This document shows positions 1-8,751 of a stretch of 64,000 nucleotides of DNA, one piece after another. The stretch spans positions 1 to 64,000 of the IMG/VR virus record IMGVR_UViG_3300015024_000001. One strand, 5' to 3'. This DNA comes from a virus. Below the pieces are notes generated by a model that searched no databases, was not told the origin of the DNA, and saw only the letters and a program-made list of their open reading frames with translations. The position numbers were made by a program, and so were the translations under genes. The first letter of the stretch is position 1, and each line of letters begins with the position of its first letter.

Positions 1-405
1 TATGGGAGCAAAAACTAATCAAAAGTTTGTCCAAATTCCTACCGCTAAGCTCAAAGAACGAATTAAACAACTGTGCGAACTCTATGGAATTGAGTTCATA
101 GAAACTGAAGAAAGTTATACTTCCAAGGCTTCGTTTGTGGATAGAGACTACCTACCTACTATTGGTGCAAAACCCGATGGGTGGAAAGAATCTGGCAGAC
201 GGGTTAAGCGTGGTTTGTATCGCACTGGTTCGCTTAATTGGCACATCAATGCAGACTGTAATGGTGCTGCAAATATACTCAGAAAAGTAGCGACAATGTT
301 AGGGCTTTGCCTTAATGGAGTTGGTAGAGGGACTTTGGCAGCCCCTCAGAGAATTAAACTTTAATTACTCTGGAATCTCAGCGCTGAAGCGACTGAGAGT
401 GTCAA
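1..405 (+). mobile_element. 3' part of an IS200/IS605-family (TnpB) element
   Basis: tnpB C-terminus followed by subterminal hairpin ctcagcgctgaagcgactgag and terminal GTGTCAA (TCAA at 402-405), the same right-end pattern as the element ending at 24436. Confidence 0.85.
2..364 (+). CDS. tnpB: TnpB RNA-guided endonuclease, C-terminal fragment (truncated by window edge)
   Basis: EESYTSKAS, GRRVKRGLY and INADCNGAANILRK motifs typical of cyanobacterial TnpB. Confidence 0.9.
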   Translation: MGAKTNQKFVQIPTAKLKERIKQLCELYGIEFIETEESYTSKASFVDRDYLPTIGAKPDGWKESGRRVKRGLYRTGSLNWHINADCNGAANILRKVATMLGLCLNGVGRGTLAAPQRIKL

Positions 406-406
406 T

Positions 407-826
407 GATGCTTTTATATTAGTTATTAAAAGATACCCTAATATTAGATTCTGTGCAGAGAATATGTATACTAAACATACAATTCACTACAAAAACTTAA
501 AATCACTGTTGTTGATTCATAGTATATGGGATGGTGATATTTGTTTATCGTGGGAAGAGGTGCGGTCTGTTTGTTTTATTATGGACTTAATGCTCGTACC
601 TACTATCTATAATGGTCTATATAACGAAACTGCTATCTGTAAACTTGATAATGTCAGTGATTACTTAGGTGATCCAGTTGAAGGTTATGTGGTACGAAAT
701 ACTAATAAATTTTCATATGATGACTTTGCAAAAAACGTAGCTAAATATGTCAGACCTGATTTTGTTATAGAAGGTGATACACATTGGTTTCAACAAGAAA
801 GAGTAAAAAATGAACTTAGAATTTAG
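407..826 (+). pseudogene. RNA ligase (Rnl2-like nucleotidyltransferase family), C-terminal half separated from its start by the IS element
   Basis: Frame is open from the IS end: DAFILVIKRYPNIRFCAENMYTKHTIHY...CLSW...VP...EGYVVR...VAKYVR...HW; the N-terminal KxDG motif is absent. Confidence 0.7.
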
Positions 827-1043
827 TTGGTTAGAAGGTAATAGACCTATTCTTGTACCACCTGATAATAGGATTGATAGATACATAGAGTGTATCCTAG
901 AGTGTTATCCAGAAAACGATGCAACAACTGTATCAGATAATCTTAGACCTAATGCAAGACTAAAACAACACATAGGTGAAATTCTAGATTGGATATATGA
1001 TAAACAAGGTAATAGTTATACAGTAACATGGCATCAAGAATAA
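810..1043 (+). CDS. hypothetical protein
   Basis: ORF overlapping neighbours in the tightly packed + strand block. Confidence 0.6.
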   Translation: MNLEFSWLEGNRPILVPPDNRIDRYIECILECYPENDATTVSDNLRPNARLKQHIGEILDWIYDKQGNSYTVTWHQE

Positions 1044-1621
1044 CAGCTAAGACATTCGGTACGGGTTCTCTCGGATATACAACAGCACGTAGAACAGAGG
1101 CAGGTGATGATGTCCTTAAACGTAAGGATGATATTTCCTGTGAAGCTTATGGGTTGATTGATCTAGTTAATGCATGGCTTGGTAGAGTCAAAAACTATAA
1201 CCAGTCTGTGGAACTCTGTGTGGAACTACAGAATGCCATGTTGAATATAGGCTCTATGATTTTCTCATCATTGTATGCTAACTATGAAGTCAATACATCA
1301 CGTACCATTAAGAATATAGAAAAGAGGTTAGTAGAGATTGATCCTTTGTTATCCTCAACTGAATTTATTTTATATGGTGTTGACATTATACATGCTGATT
1401 GGGGGATTCTCAACACAGAGATCCGTCGTGCAGAATCAAAATTTGTGGGTTGGGTTTATTCACAAGATATATCTATCAAAGATATGCAGAAATATGCACA
1501 ACAAATTGACTTACTTAATATTATGTCTAAGTGGGCTTACTCTGAAGCTCGTTATTACGCACATATAACACAACAACAACAGGAAATTTGGGTATCAGAA
1601 TATGGAACGGCAGATTTATAA
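1028..1621 (+). CDS. PduO-type ATP:cob(I)alamin adenosyltransferase-like protein
   Basis: TFGTGSLGYT, KDDISCEAYGLIDLVNAWLG, LQNAMLNIG, EFILYG, IRRAE and LNIMSKW...ARY match PduO motifs in order, though divergent. Confidence 0.75.
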   Translation: MASRITAKTFGTGSLGYTTARRTEAGDDVLKRKDDISCEAYGLIDLVNAWLGRVKNYNQSVELCVELQNAMLNIGSMIFSSLYANYEVNTSRTIKNIEKRLVEIDPLLSSTEFILYGVDIIHADWGILNTEIRRAESKFVGWVYSQDISIKDMQKYAQQIDLLNIMSKWAYSEARYYAHITQQQQEIWVSEYGTADL

Positions 1622-1838
1622 TGCTACACAAACTTGGACATACAATTAAACAAGGTTGGAGATTATTTTTCTGTACAGTGACACAACTTATCTATGTTTA
1701 TAGCTATACCTATATTCTTTTTGATGGTACTAAATTCTTTGGTTTAGCTAAAGATGATTATGTACTAGTTAGAGGAATATTTGAAACTAGTGTACTTGAA
1801 AGTTTTGAAAAAGATAATAGTTTAGGATACTAAATAAA

Positions 1839-1997
1839 ATGGAAGATGATATTGAAGTATATGAGGATTACGTATATGTTGAGGAATACATAGATAATGA
1901 GCCTGGTATATCGGAAGAGGATAAGGAAGAGTTTATGGAACACTTTTACGCTTCTATAAGAAATGCCTCTTTAGATGATGAAGATGATGAGGATTAA
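1839..1997 (+). CDS. small very acidic protein (52 aa, not in ORF track)
   Basis: Read manually: MEDDIEVYEDYVYVEEYIDNEPGISEEDKEEFMEHFYASIRNASLDDEDDED; fills the gap between flanking genes. Confidence 0.65.
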   Translation: MEDDIEVYEDYVYVEEYIDNEPGISEEDKEEFMEHFYASIRNASLDDEDDED

Positions 1998-2040
1998 TTG
2001 ATACACACACGCGAAGAATTAGAACAGGAAGGTTATATTT

Positions 2041-2451
2041 ATGCTACATATTAAATGGGAAAATGGAGATCACAAGATTGACTGGTTAATCACACGCAAA
2101 CAAGAAGAACTAATGCGTAATTACAGACGACCACTACAGCGAAAATTAGCTGAAGAACAAGCAGCTAAATACAGACGCGATCCTGATAAATATAGAGTTT
2201 TGGGATATGTGACTGATTTACTAGATCAAGATATTTATGCACCTTATCTCGGCGCTGTTGGTGGTGATACATACATTTTTCACAAAATAGATGACGAATA
2301 CGCTATACAGTATCAGTATCTAGATGCAAAGCCTATTTGGTTAACAGCAGAGTTAGGTATTAAAGCTGATGGTGTTTATACAGTGATACCTACTGGATTG
2401 GGTTATATTGTCAAGTATCAAGTGGATATCACAGATTATGATAAATGGTAA
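2041..2451 (+). CDS. hypothetical protein
   Basis: 136-aa ORF in co-oriented block. Confidence 0.65.
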   Translation: MLHIKWENGDHKIDWLITRKQEELMRNYRRPLQRKLAEEQAAKYRRDPDKYRVLGYVTDLLDQDIYAPYLGAVGGDTYIFHKIDDEYAIQYQYLDAKPIWLTAELGIKADGVYTVIPTGLGYIVKYQVDITDYDKW

Positions 2452-2698
2452 TGAAATTGCTGGCGTACTTACAGTTGACTACTTTAAACCATCTGGTAGA
2501 TGGTATGATACTATTGCAATAGAGGTAACTTTTGCAGAGTTATCAGAAAAATGGTTATTTGATGATGGCTACTGTGACCTATTCTTCAAGAAAACAGGTC
2601 ATCCAGTACCACATCCTTATTACACAAGTTTTATTAGACTTGAAAATCAACATCCTAAAGACCATAATTTTTGTCGTTATTTAATACAACCACTATAA
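2408..2698 (+). CDS. hypothetical protein
   Basis: ORF with VDYFKPSGRWY, a motif seen in small phage proteins; true start may be slightly downstream. Confidence 0.6.
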   Translation: MSSIKWISQIMINGNEIAGVLTVDYFKPSGRWYDTIAIEVTFAELSEKWLFDDGYCDLFFKKTGHPVPHPYYTSFIRLENQHPKDHNFCRYLIQPL

Positions 2699-2702
2699 AC
2701 AG

Positions 2703-3434
2703 ATGCATCTTAAAATACAACCATTAACACCTGAAACTCTTTCTTTCTACGGTAATCACAATTATAATTTGCAAGGTGATTGTGGTTATGATTTAGGACT
2801 TGCCAAAGATACAAAAGTATATTTCAAAGCAACAACTAAAATCAATCTACAAGTTATCATTGTTGGTTGGGAGACTATATCAGATTGTGACTTTACAGGT
2901 CAATCTTTTGAAGATCAACTACCATGTGACTTCTTAATTGTACCTCGCTCATCTATTTCCAAGACAGCATTACGTTTGGCTAATGCTATAGGGACTATAG
3001 ATAAGAATTACAGAGGTAGCTTGATTGTAGCATTGGATTACTTAGATTTACGAACAGAACAACAACTACCTTTGCTAACTGAACTAGAGACAGGTTTTCA
3101 GTATTCTATATTACAAAAAGGCACAAGACTGGTGCAGATTATTGCTCCAGTTTTCAGACAGATTGACAGCACACAGATTGTTTCTGAGCATGATACTACA
3201 GAACGTGGTGATGGTAGTTTTGGTAGTACCGATAAAATCTATACACCTGATGAGATTAGAGTTGGTTCTAAAACAGTAATGTCCCATGTAGAGAGAACAG
3301 CTTACCTAAAGAACTCAGAACTTGGGAAGTTATATGGTTTCCCACAAAATGATGAGAAAGTATATAAACCTGAAGATATCTCTCTACCTTATGTTGAACG
3401 TCAAGAACAGATTAGAAAATTGTTAGGTAAGTAA
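2703..3434 (+). CDS. dut: trimeric dUTPase
   Basis: GDCGYDL, PRSSISK, GTIDKNYRG, RLVQI and RGDGSFGST (motifs I-V). Confidence 0.95.
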   Translation: MHLKIQPLTPETLSFYGNHNYNLQGDCGYDLGLAKDTKVYFKATTKINLQVIIVGWETISDCDFTGQSFEDQLPCDFLIVPRSSISKTALRLANAIGTIDKNYRGSLIVALDYLDLRTEQQLPLLTELETGFQYSILQKGTRLVQIIAPVFRQIDSTQIVSEHDTTERGDGSFGSTDKIYTPDEIRVGSKTVMSHVERTAYLKNSELGKLYGFPQNDEKVYKPEDISLPYVERQEQIRKLLGK

Positions 3435-3437
3435 CAC

Positions 3438-3869
3438 ATGATTACCATAGAAGAGGAGTTTAAATTAGAAGCTGACATCATTGCTCTGAAGCAACAGCTT
3501 CTTGTACTAAAAGAAGGTTTGCTGAGTAAAGAAAGAGAATTGTGGTGGCTACAAAGACCACACATTGCAGACTTTGCAAATGAATGGTACTATGAGTCTA
3601 CAGATGATGGTGGTCATTCTCCTGTATGGCGACCTCATCATGTAGACCTTAGCAAGAAGTGGTTATCTATTGTTGGTAATCAAGCATTTATTGATAGACA
3701 ACTTTTCTTTATTGCAGAAAAATATGAATCTGACTGTGATGAGGGAGAGTATCCTAATCACCTTATTTGTGGGTTAGGTGAAGATATTTATTGTGAGTAC
3801 TCTAATAACCCCTATCCTAATTTTGTAGATGCACCAGATACAGTGAGGAATCCTAACTATGCAAACTAA
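3438..3869 (+). CDS. hypothetical protein, WWLxxP paralog family
   Basis: coiled-coil N-terminus then ELWWLQRPHIADF. Confidence 0.65.
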   Translation: MITIEEEFKLEADIIALKQQLLVLKEGLLSKERELWWLQRPHIADFANEWYYESTDDGGHSPVWRPHHVDLSKKWLSIVGNQAFIDRQLFFIAEKYESDCDEGEYPNHLICGLGEDIYCEYSNNPYPNFVDAPDTVRNPNYAN

Positions 3870-4185
3870 TGAACTTATTGACAAAGCACTTGAACTACAA
3901 CAACTAGTTTGGTGGCTAGATAACCCTACTATTAAATCCTTTTTTCTATCTTGTGAATGTCATAGTAATAATGAAAATCGTTCTTTTTATCTAAAGATTC
4001 AGAATAGTGAATATAATCTAACAGTAGATATTACAGCTAGATTTTTAGTAATGGTGTCTAATTATCCAATTGATATCAATAAAACACATAATGAACATGT
4101 ATACAGACCATATCCTACAGATGTTGAAATCGAGACTAGAATCGACCACATTTTATATACACTAACTTTTGACGGTACACCATAA
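3859..4185 (+). CDS. hypothetical protein, WWLxxP paralog family
   Basis: QLVWWLDNPTIKSF. Confidence 0.65.
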   Translation: MQTNELIDKALELQQLVWWLDNPTIKSFFLSCECHSNNENRSFYLKIQNSEYNLTVDITARFLVMVSNYPIDINKTHNEHVYRPYPTDVEIETRIDHILYTLTFDGTP

Positions 4186-4186
4186 T

Positions 4187-4984
4187 ATGCGAGTTCTAAG
4201 CACAACAGCTTGTACAGGTCGTAGCTTTGACGAGTTTCTAGAGATATACCAGATCTTGAAAGAACCCCTTAATCTACAAGGGCTGGAAGTCGCAATTGGC
4301 ATAAATTTCACTACAGATGATATTCCTAAAATCAAACAAGCTAGTATCGACACAGTTTTATGGCATGATGCTTTTTGGTTTGTTGACAACCACAAACAGG
4401 AAACATACCCTACTGTAATTGCTGAGTATTTCGATTTACACGAGCTTTTCTGTCAAAACGACATTAATGTACCTTTATGGTCTATACACCCATACAAAAG
4501 TCATAGACCAGAGGCTATGTGGACAGATGCTTTATATCAAGACTTCCATATCGAATATTGGGCTGATTTTGAGTATGTATTACCTAGGGATAGTGACTGT
4601 GGATCTCATTATTACTACACATCTCGTAATTTTCAGATTGTATTTGAGAATATGTTACCTAATGCACCTTGCTATAATAATCTAGAATCTATCCTGCAAA
4701 GTAGTAGGTACAATAACTTCTGTATTGACTATAGCCATATAAATGTTTGGTGCAACAACAATCGTGAGCAGACTATTATAGAATGTTTGCTAGCTACTGA
4801 AAAAGCTGAAGAAATACACCTATCATCTAATAAAGGTCGTCGTGATTCACATGACTACATAGAAGAAAATGAGTGGTTCATGCCTTACTTAAACTCTATT
4901 GAACAGACACACAAACATCTGTATATCACCTACGAATCACTACCTATAAAATACAAAGAATATGGAAGATTGGACAAACGGTAA
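4187..4984 (+). CDS. xylose-isomerase-like / AP endonuclease 2 TIM-barrel protein
   Basis: metal-ligand pattern FENM...CIDYSH...EIHLSSN...DSH...TYES. Confidence 0.7.
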   Translation: MRVLSTTACTGRSFDEFLEIYQILKEPLNLQGLEVAIGINFTTDDIPKIKQASIDTVLWHDAFWFVDNHKQETYPTVIAEYFDLHELFCQNDINVPLWSIHPYKSHRPEAMWTDALYQDFHIEYWADFEYVLPRDSDCGSHYYYTSRNFQIVFENMLPNAPCYNNLESILQSSRYNNFCIDYSHINVWCNNNREQTIIECLLATEKAEEIHLSSNKGRRDSHDYIEENEWFMPYLNSIEQTHKHLYITYESLPIKYKEYGRLDKR

Positions 4985-5189
4985 AACTTGTATTGACTGC
5001 CAATACTGTGTAGAAGTAAAAAAACATCCTTGGAATAACCTCACACATAGTAAAGGTGGTATGCGAGATCATATGGGTTTTGCTTGTCTTTTATTTCAAG
5101 AGGATAACAAGATAGCTATTTTCATGGATCATGCTGACAGTTTTTGTGAATGTTTTACGACTAAAGATGTAGCCATAGAGGAGGTTTGA
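4962..5189 (+). CDS. small Cys-rich (Zn-binding) hypothetical protein
   Basis: CIDCQYC...C...CECF. Confidence 0.6.
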   Translation: MEDWTNGKTCIDCQYCVEVKKHPWNNLTHSKGGMRDHMGFACLLFQEDNKIAIFMDHADSFCECFTTKDVAIEEV

Positions 5190-5195
5190 TAAACT

Positions 5196-5546
5196 ATGAG
5201 TAACTTTATTGGCATCCAGATCGAGTCCGTAGGAAGAAACATCAGTTTATTGGAATCTAAACTCAAAGAGCAGAAACGACAGTTGGTGTTATGGCAAAGA
5301 CAGAAGTGGTGGTTAGAACATCCCACTGTATCTTACTTTACTGCACGTACAACTTGGGAAACTAACTATGGACATTCAGAATGGGAACAAGAGCTTTCCT
5401 TCTACGTTGATTCTGTTTTTCAGTTAGATAACTCTAGCATAGATTTTCAGAATCGTGGTTTGTTTGATAGTTATCCTCCCTTAGAAGAGGATGTAAGAGA
5501 TGACGATGAATTTGTAACATATAGAAATCTATTTTTATGCACATAA
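5196..5546 (+). CDS. hypothetical protein, WWLxxP paralog family
   Basis: coiled-coil N-terminus then QKWWLEHPTVSYF. Confidence 0.65.
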   Translation: MSNFIGIQIESVGRNISLLESKLKEQKRQLVLWQRQKWWLEHPTVSYFTARTTWETNYGHSEWEQELSFYVDSVFQLDNSSIDFQNRGLFDSYPPLEEDVRDDDEFVTYRNLFLCT

Positions 5547-5863
5547 GACAATGGCTACAAGAAGACTTACAAAAACGGCAGTGTGCTATTGTAATCAACG
5601 AAACATTATGGCAACTGAGTAAGACCGTAGAAAAAGAAGTGGAGGAGAGCTTTTATCAGGAACTGTTAGACCTCAATTATCCTGATGAAACTGAAACCTA
5701 TATGGCTGCAAATTTAGCAGGAGCGAAAGCTAGAAATATACCACTTCAAAACACTATGAATTCTGATGGTGGGATTATTGTTGGTTACAACCATGAGCTT
5801 GCCTCCATACTACTTGTCAATAATTTACAAAGTTTAGTGAGAGAAAAATATGCAAATATTTAG
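5537..5863 (+). CDS. hypothetical protein
   Basis: 108-aa ORF overlapping upstream stop. Confidence 0.6.
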   Translation: MHIRQWLQEDLQKRQCAIVINETLWQLSKTVEKEVEESFYQELLDLNYPDETETYMAANLAGAKARNIPLQNTMNSDGGIIVGYNHELASILLVNNLQSLVREKYANI

Positions 5864-6015
5864 AGTAGGTATGTTTGATGTACAACGTCGTTTACCTAAC
5901 CAAGAGGTGCATCTTGGTTTTAACACAGAGGAAGATTGTCTAGTATGGATTGATGCTAACAATCGTAATTGGGCAGAATACAATACACCAAGTCATTATT
6001 TTATAGGTTTATTAC

Positions 6016-6660
6016 ATGCAGATTGAACTACTATCGCATTTTGGTGACGATACTATGGTGGCAAATGTTGCCAGAGTTTCATATGCTAAAGAAGCATCTA
6101 ATTACACTGAAGAACAAAATGCTAAACTGATCAACTACCTATACAAACATGGTCACACAAGTTGTTTTAGACATCCTCAGTTACAGTTTAGAATTAAGTG
6201 TCCAATTTACGTTGAACGCCAGTTGTTTAAACACCAGACTGGAATTTCTGTTAACTCTATCTCAGGTAGATATGTTGATTTCAGTGACTCTTACTACACT
6301 ATTGACCACTGGCGTAGACAGTCAAAGTCATCTAAACAAGGTAGTGATGGGTTGTTAAGTCCTGACCAGCAACTAACAGCCAAGACCGTAGAAGAAAAGG
6401 TTCTGACTATCTGTAAACAGGCATACCAAGATTTACTAGCTATGGGTGTAGCAAAAGAACAAGCACGGTCTGTACTACCCTTGTCACTAGAAACCGAGTT
6501 TATTTGGACTGGTTCACTTCTAGCTTTCTTTCATATGTGTGACTTACGACTGAAATCTGATGCTCAAGCTGAAACTAGGTGGATTGTGGAGCAGATGTTA
6601 CTACAGATAGTAGAGCTTAAAGACTTCACACACAGTTTACAAGCTTGGTTCGGTAATTAG
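6016..6660 (+). CDS. thyX: FAD-dependent thymidylate synthase
   Basis: ARVSY, GHTSCF, ERQLFKH...NSISGRY, KEQARSVLP, LRLKSDAQAE. Confidence 0.95.
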   Translation: MQIELLSHFGDDTMVANVARVSYAKEASNYTEEQNAKLINYLYKHGHTSCFRHPQLQFRIKCPIYVERQLFKHQTGISVNSISGRYVDFSDSYYTIDHWRRQSKSSKQGSDGLLSPDQQLTAKTVEEKVLTICKQAYQDLLAMGVAKEQARSVLPLSLETEFIWTGSLLAFFHMCDLRLKSDAQAETRWIVEQMLLQIVELKDFTHSLQAWFGN

Positions 6661-7170
6661 GACTTAACTACCGTGCTATATACAATCCTCACACTCTCTT
6701 CTATGTTGGTTATTTTGTTATGACTGTATATGCTGTTGGTTTAATTTACAATGATGAGTGGGAAGGTGAAGTAGTTCAACATTATTCACTTTGGTCTGAT
6801 CACAAGAGAGCTAGAGAAGAAGCACTTAAACAAGATATTCGTTTTGCTAGTGCTATTGTAGTACAACCTTTTACTATAGATAACCCTAACCAATTTTTTG
6901 ATGCTGAAATCATTAAAAGTCATGCTTCTTTTGTGAGGTATGGATGTTGAAAATCATTTTCTCAGATAATGTTGATTTTGGCTTACCTGATCATTTAGTA
7001 GAGGAATCTTGTATTCAAGTACTAGGTAGGTTAGAAAATAACCCAACTAATACTTTCGTACATAGAACAGGTCAGATATTAGTATGGAGTACTTTTATAA
7101 AATTAATTAGGAATGAATATAATGGGTTACGATCTGAAGTTGAATTTCACACTATTGATGGTAAAGGAAA

Positions 7171-7764
7171 ATGCGTAGACGACATGATGCTTACTACACA
7201 GAACAAGGATTGACACTAGAATTGTTGAAGTATCTGAATTTAACACGATACAAAACAATTTTAGAGCCTTGTGTTGGTGATGGTCATATAAGAGATATAG
7301 TCCAAACACGATATCCTCACTTGCAATACACAACTAATGACATAGATCTTACAAAAGATGCTGACAGACATTTTGATGCTACTGTGGACGGTTGTTTATA
7401 TAATCAAATAGATACAGATGAAACAAGTGCTGATTTATTTCACAAACTACCTTACTTCTGGGACTGTTGCATTACTAATTTTCCTTACGATGTGCAGGAT
7501 GATATCTTACCTCTAGTGTGGGAGCATACAGATCTTCTAGCTTTTATACCACGTTTAACATGGCTTGAACCAACTAAAACAAGAGCTAAGTTTCTACAAG
7601 ATAATAAAAAACATTGTAGATACCAAATTATCTTTAATCCACGACCTAAGTATGACAGCAAAGGTTCTGACAATGTTACTTCTATGTTCATAGTATATGA
7701 TAAGAATTTCTATGGAAATCCCGAACAAATCTATGCAACAGATTGGCAGTCGAATGTACTCTAA
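7171..7764 (+). CDS. small amino (N6A/N4C) DNA methyltransferase-like protein
   Basis: DAYYT, ILEPCVGDGHI (SAM-binding) and ITNFPY (NPPY-like). Confidence 0.75.
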   Translation: MRRRHDAYYTEQGLTLELLKYLNLTRYKTILEPCVGDGHIRDIVQTRYPHLQYTTNDIDLTKDADRHFDATVDGCLYNQIDTDETSADLFHKLPYFWDCCITNFPYDVQDDILPLVWEHTDLLAFIPRLTWLEPTKTRAKFLQDNKKHCRYQIIFNPRPKYDSKGSDNVTSMFIVYDKNFYGNPEQIYATDWQSNVL

Positions 7765-8017
7765 TATGGTCAACTCTATAGCAGCTTCTTTGTATGCTAT
7801 TACAGAGGTGTGTGACGACCCCTGATGATACTAAATTTGAACACAACTATTTGTGGTTTTTACGTTATATATTAAAGTATGATAACACACCACATGATGG
7901 TGACTGTACTCAAAAGTGCTTTGCTTGCGATCAATGTATAATTGATAGTTATAGAGAAAAAGCAATTCCACTTATCAACAAACAAGCTTTTGATCAGTAC
8001 TTAGTCGATGAGGAGCT

Positions 8018-8323
8018 ATGCGAATAAAAAATGAATGGTGGGATGTAGTTATAGGTGGTATTTTAGTACTAATCATAGCTTTTCTTCTATGGTGTTTTTC
8101 TGTATTTAATAATTCCTATATCGTAACCACAGATCAAAATGTACATGTAACTGATAAATATCATAAAGCTGAAGATTGTACTACTACATCTGATGGTAAT
8201 GGTAGTACATATGAGTCTTGCGATCCAGAACAATTTGTAGTTATTTTCGACAACAATAAATCAATAGATTTGAAGCAACAAACAGTATGGTCACAAGTAC
8301 GTGTTAACCAGTTATGGCATTAA
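8018..8323 (+). CDS. membrane-anchored hypothetical protein
   Basis: N-terminal TM helix, C-x12-C loop; frame continues past the TAA to 8377. Confidence 0.65.
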   Translation: MRIKNEWWDVVIGGILVLIIAFLLWCFSVFNNSYIVTTDQNVHVTDKYHKAEDCTTTSDGNGSTYESCDPEQFVVIFDNNKSIDLKQQTVWSQVRVNQLWH

Positions 8324-8373
8324 TACCAAGAGCAAGGTCGTTTGTGGACAATCAAAAAGGAGGCTTATAGACT

Positions 8374-8508
8374 ATGATTACACAAGAGAATATCGACAGA
8401 GCTATCGTAGAACATGAAGCTAGAGTTACACAGTCAGGTTTCTGGCTTGTAGCTGCACATGACTTACTTATGATAGGGATCATCTATCTCATCATCAAGA
8501 TCTTCTAA
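8374..8508 (+). CDS. small membrane protein (44 aa, not in ORF track)
   Basis: AAGGAGG upstream; MITQENIDRAIVEHEARVTQSGFWLVAAHDLLMIGIIYLIIKIF. Confidence 0.55.
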   Translation: MITQENIDRAIVEHEARVTQSGFWLVAAHDLLMIGIIYLIIKIF

Positions 8509-8721
8509 TGTTTTAGCATCAACATCAGCTTCAAGATCACGTATATTAATATTAACTAGAAATGATGACATAGTGTATAAGTCTTCTGACAAAGACTCTA
8601 TCTTAGCAGGATCTGTTTTTATTCTGTGAAACAGATCTATAACTTTTACTAGCATGTCTATAGCTGTATAGGGATCATGCATTGGTGACGCTGAAAAAGA
8701 ATCAAGAATATCAATATCCAT
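8464..8721 (-). CDS. acidic hypothetical protein, antisense to the block
   Basis: MDIDILDSF...DLDDEIDDPYHK occupies a gap with no + strand ORF. Confidence 0.55.
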   Translation of the reverse strand: MDIDILDSFSASPMHDPYTAIDMLVKVIDLFHRIKTDPAKIESLSEDLYTMSSFLVNINIRDLEADVDAKTLEDLDDEIDDPYHK

Positions 8722-8751
8722 AAACCGTAGAAAGAAAGGGTTATTAGTAGT

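Noticed and set aside
1-405. IStron (self-splicing intron plus TnpB) rescuing the RNA ligase
   Set aside because: Element ends in TCAA rather than a terminal G and no group I core is visible; the left part is outside the window, so this is not fully excluded
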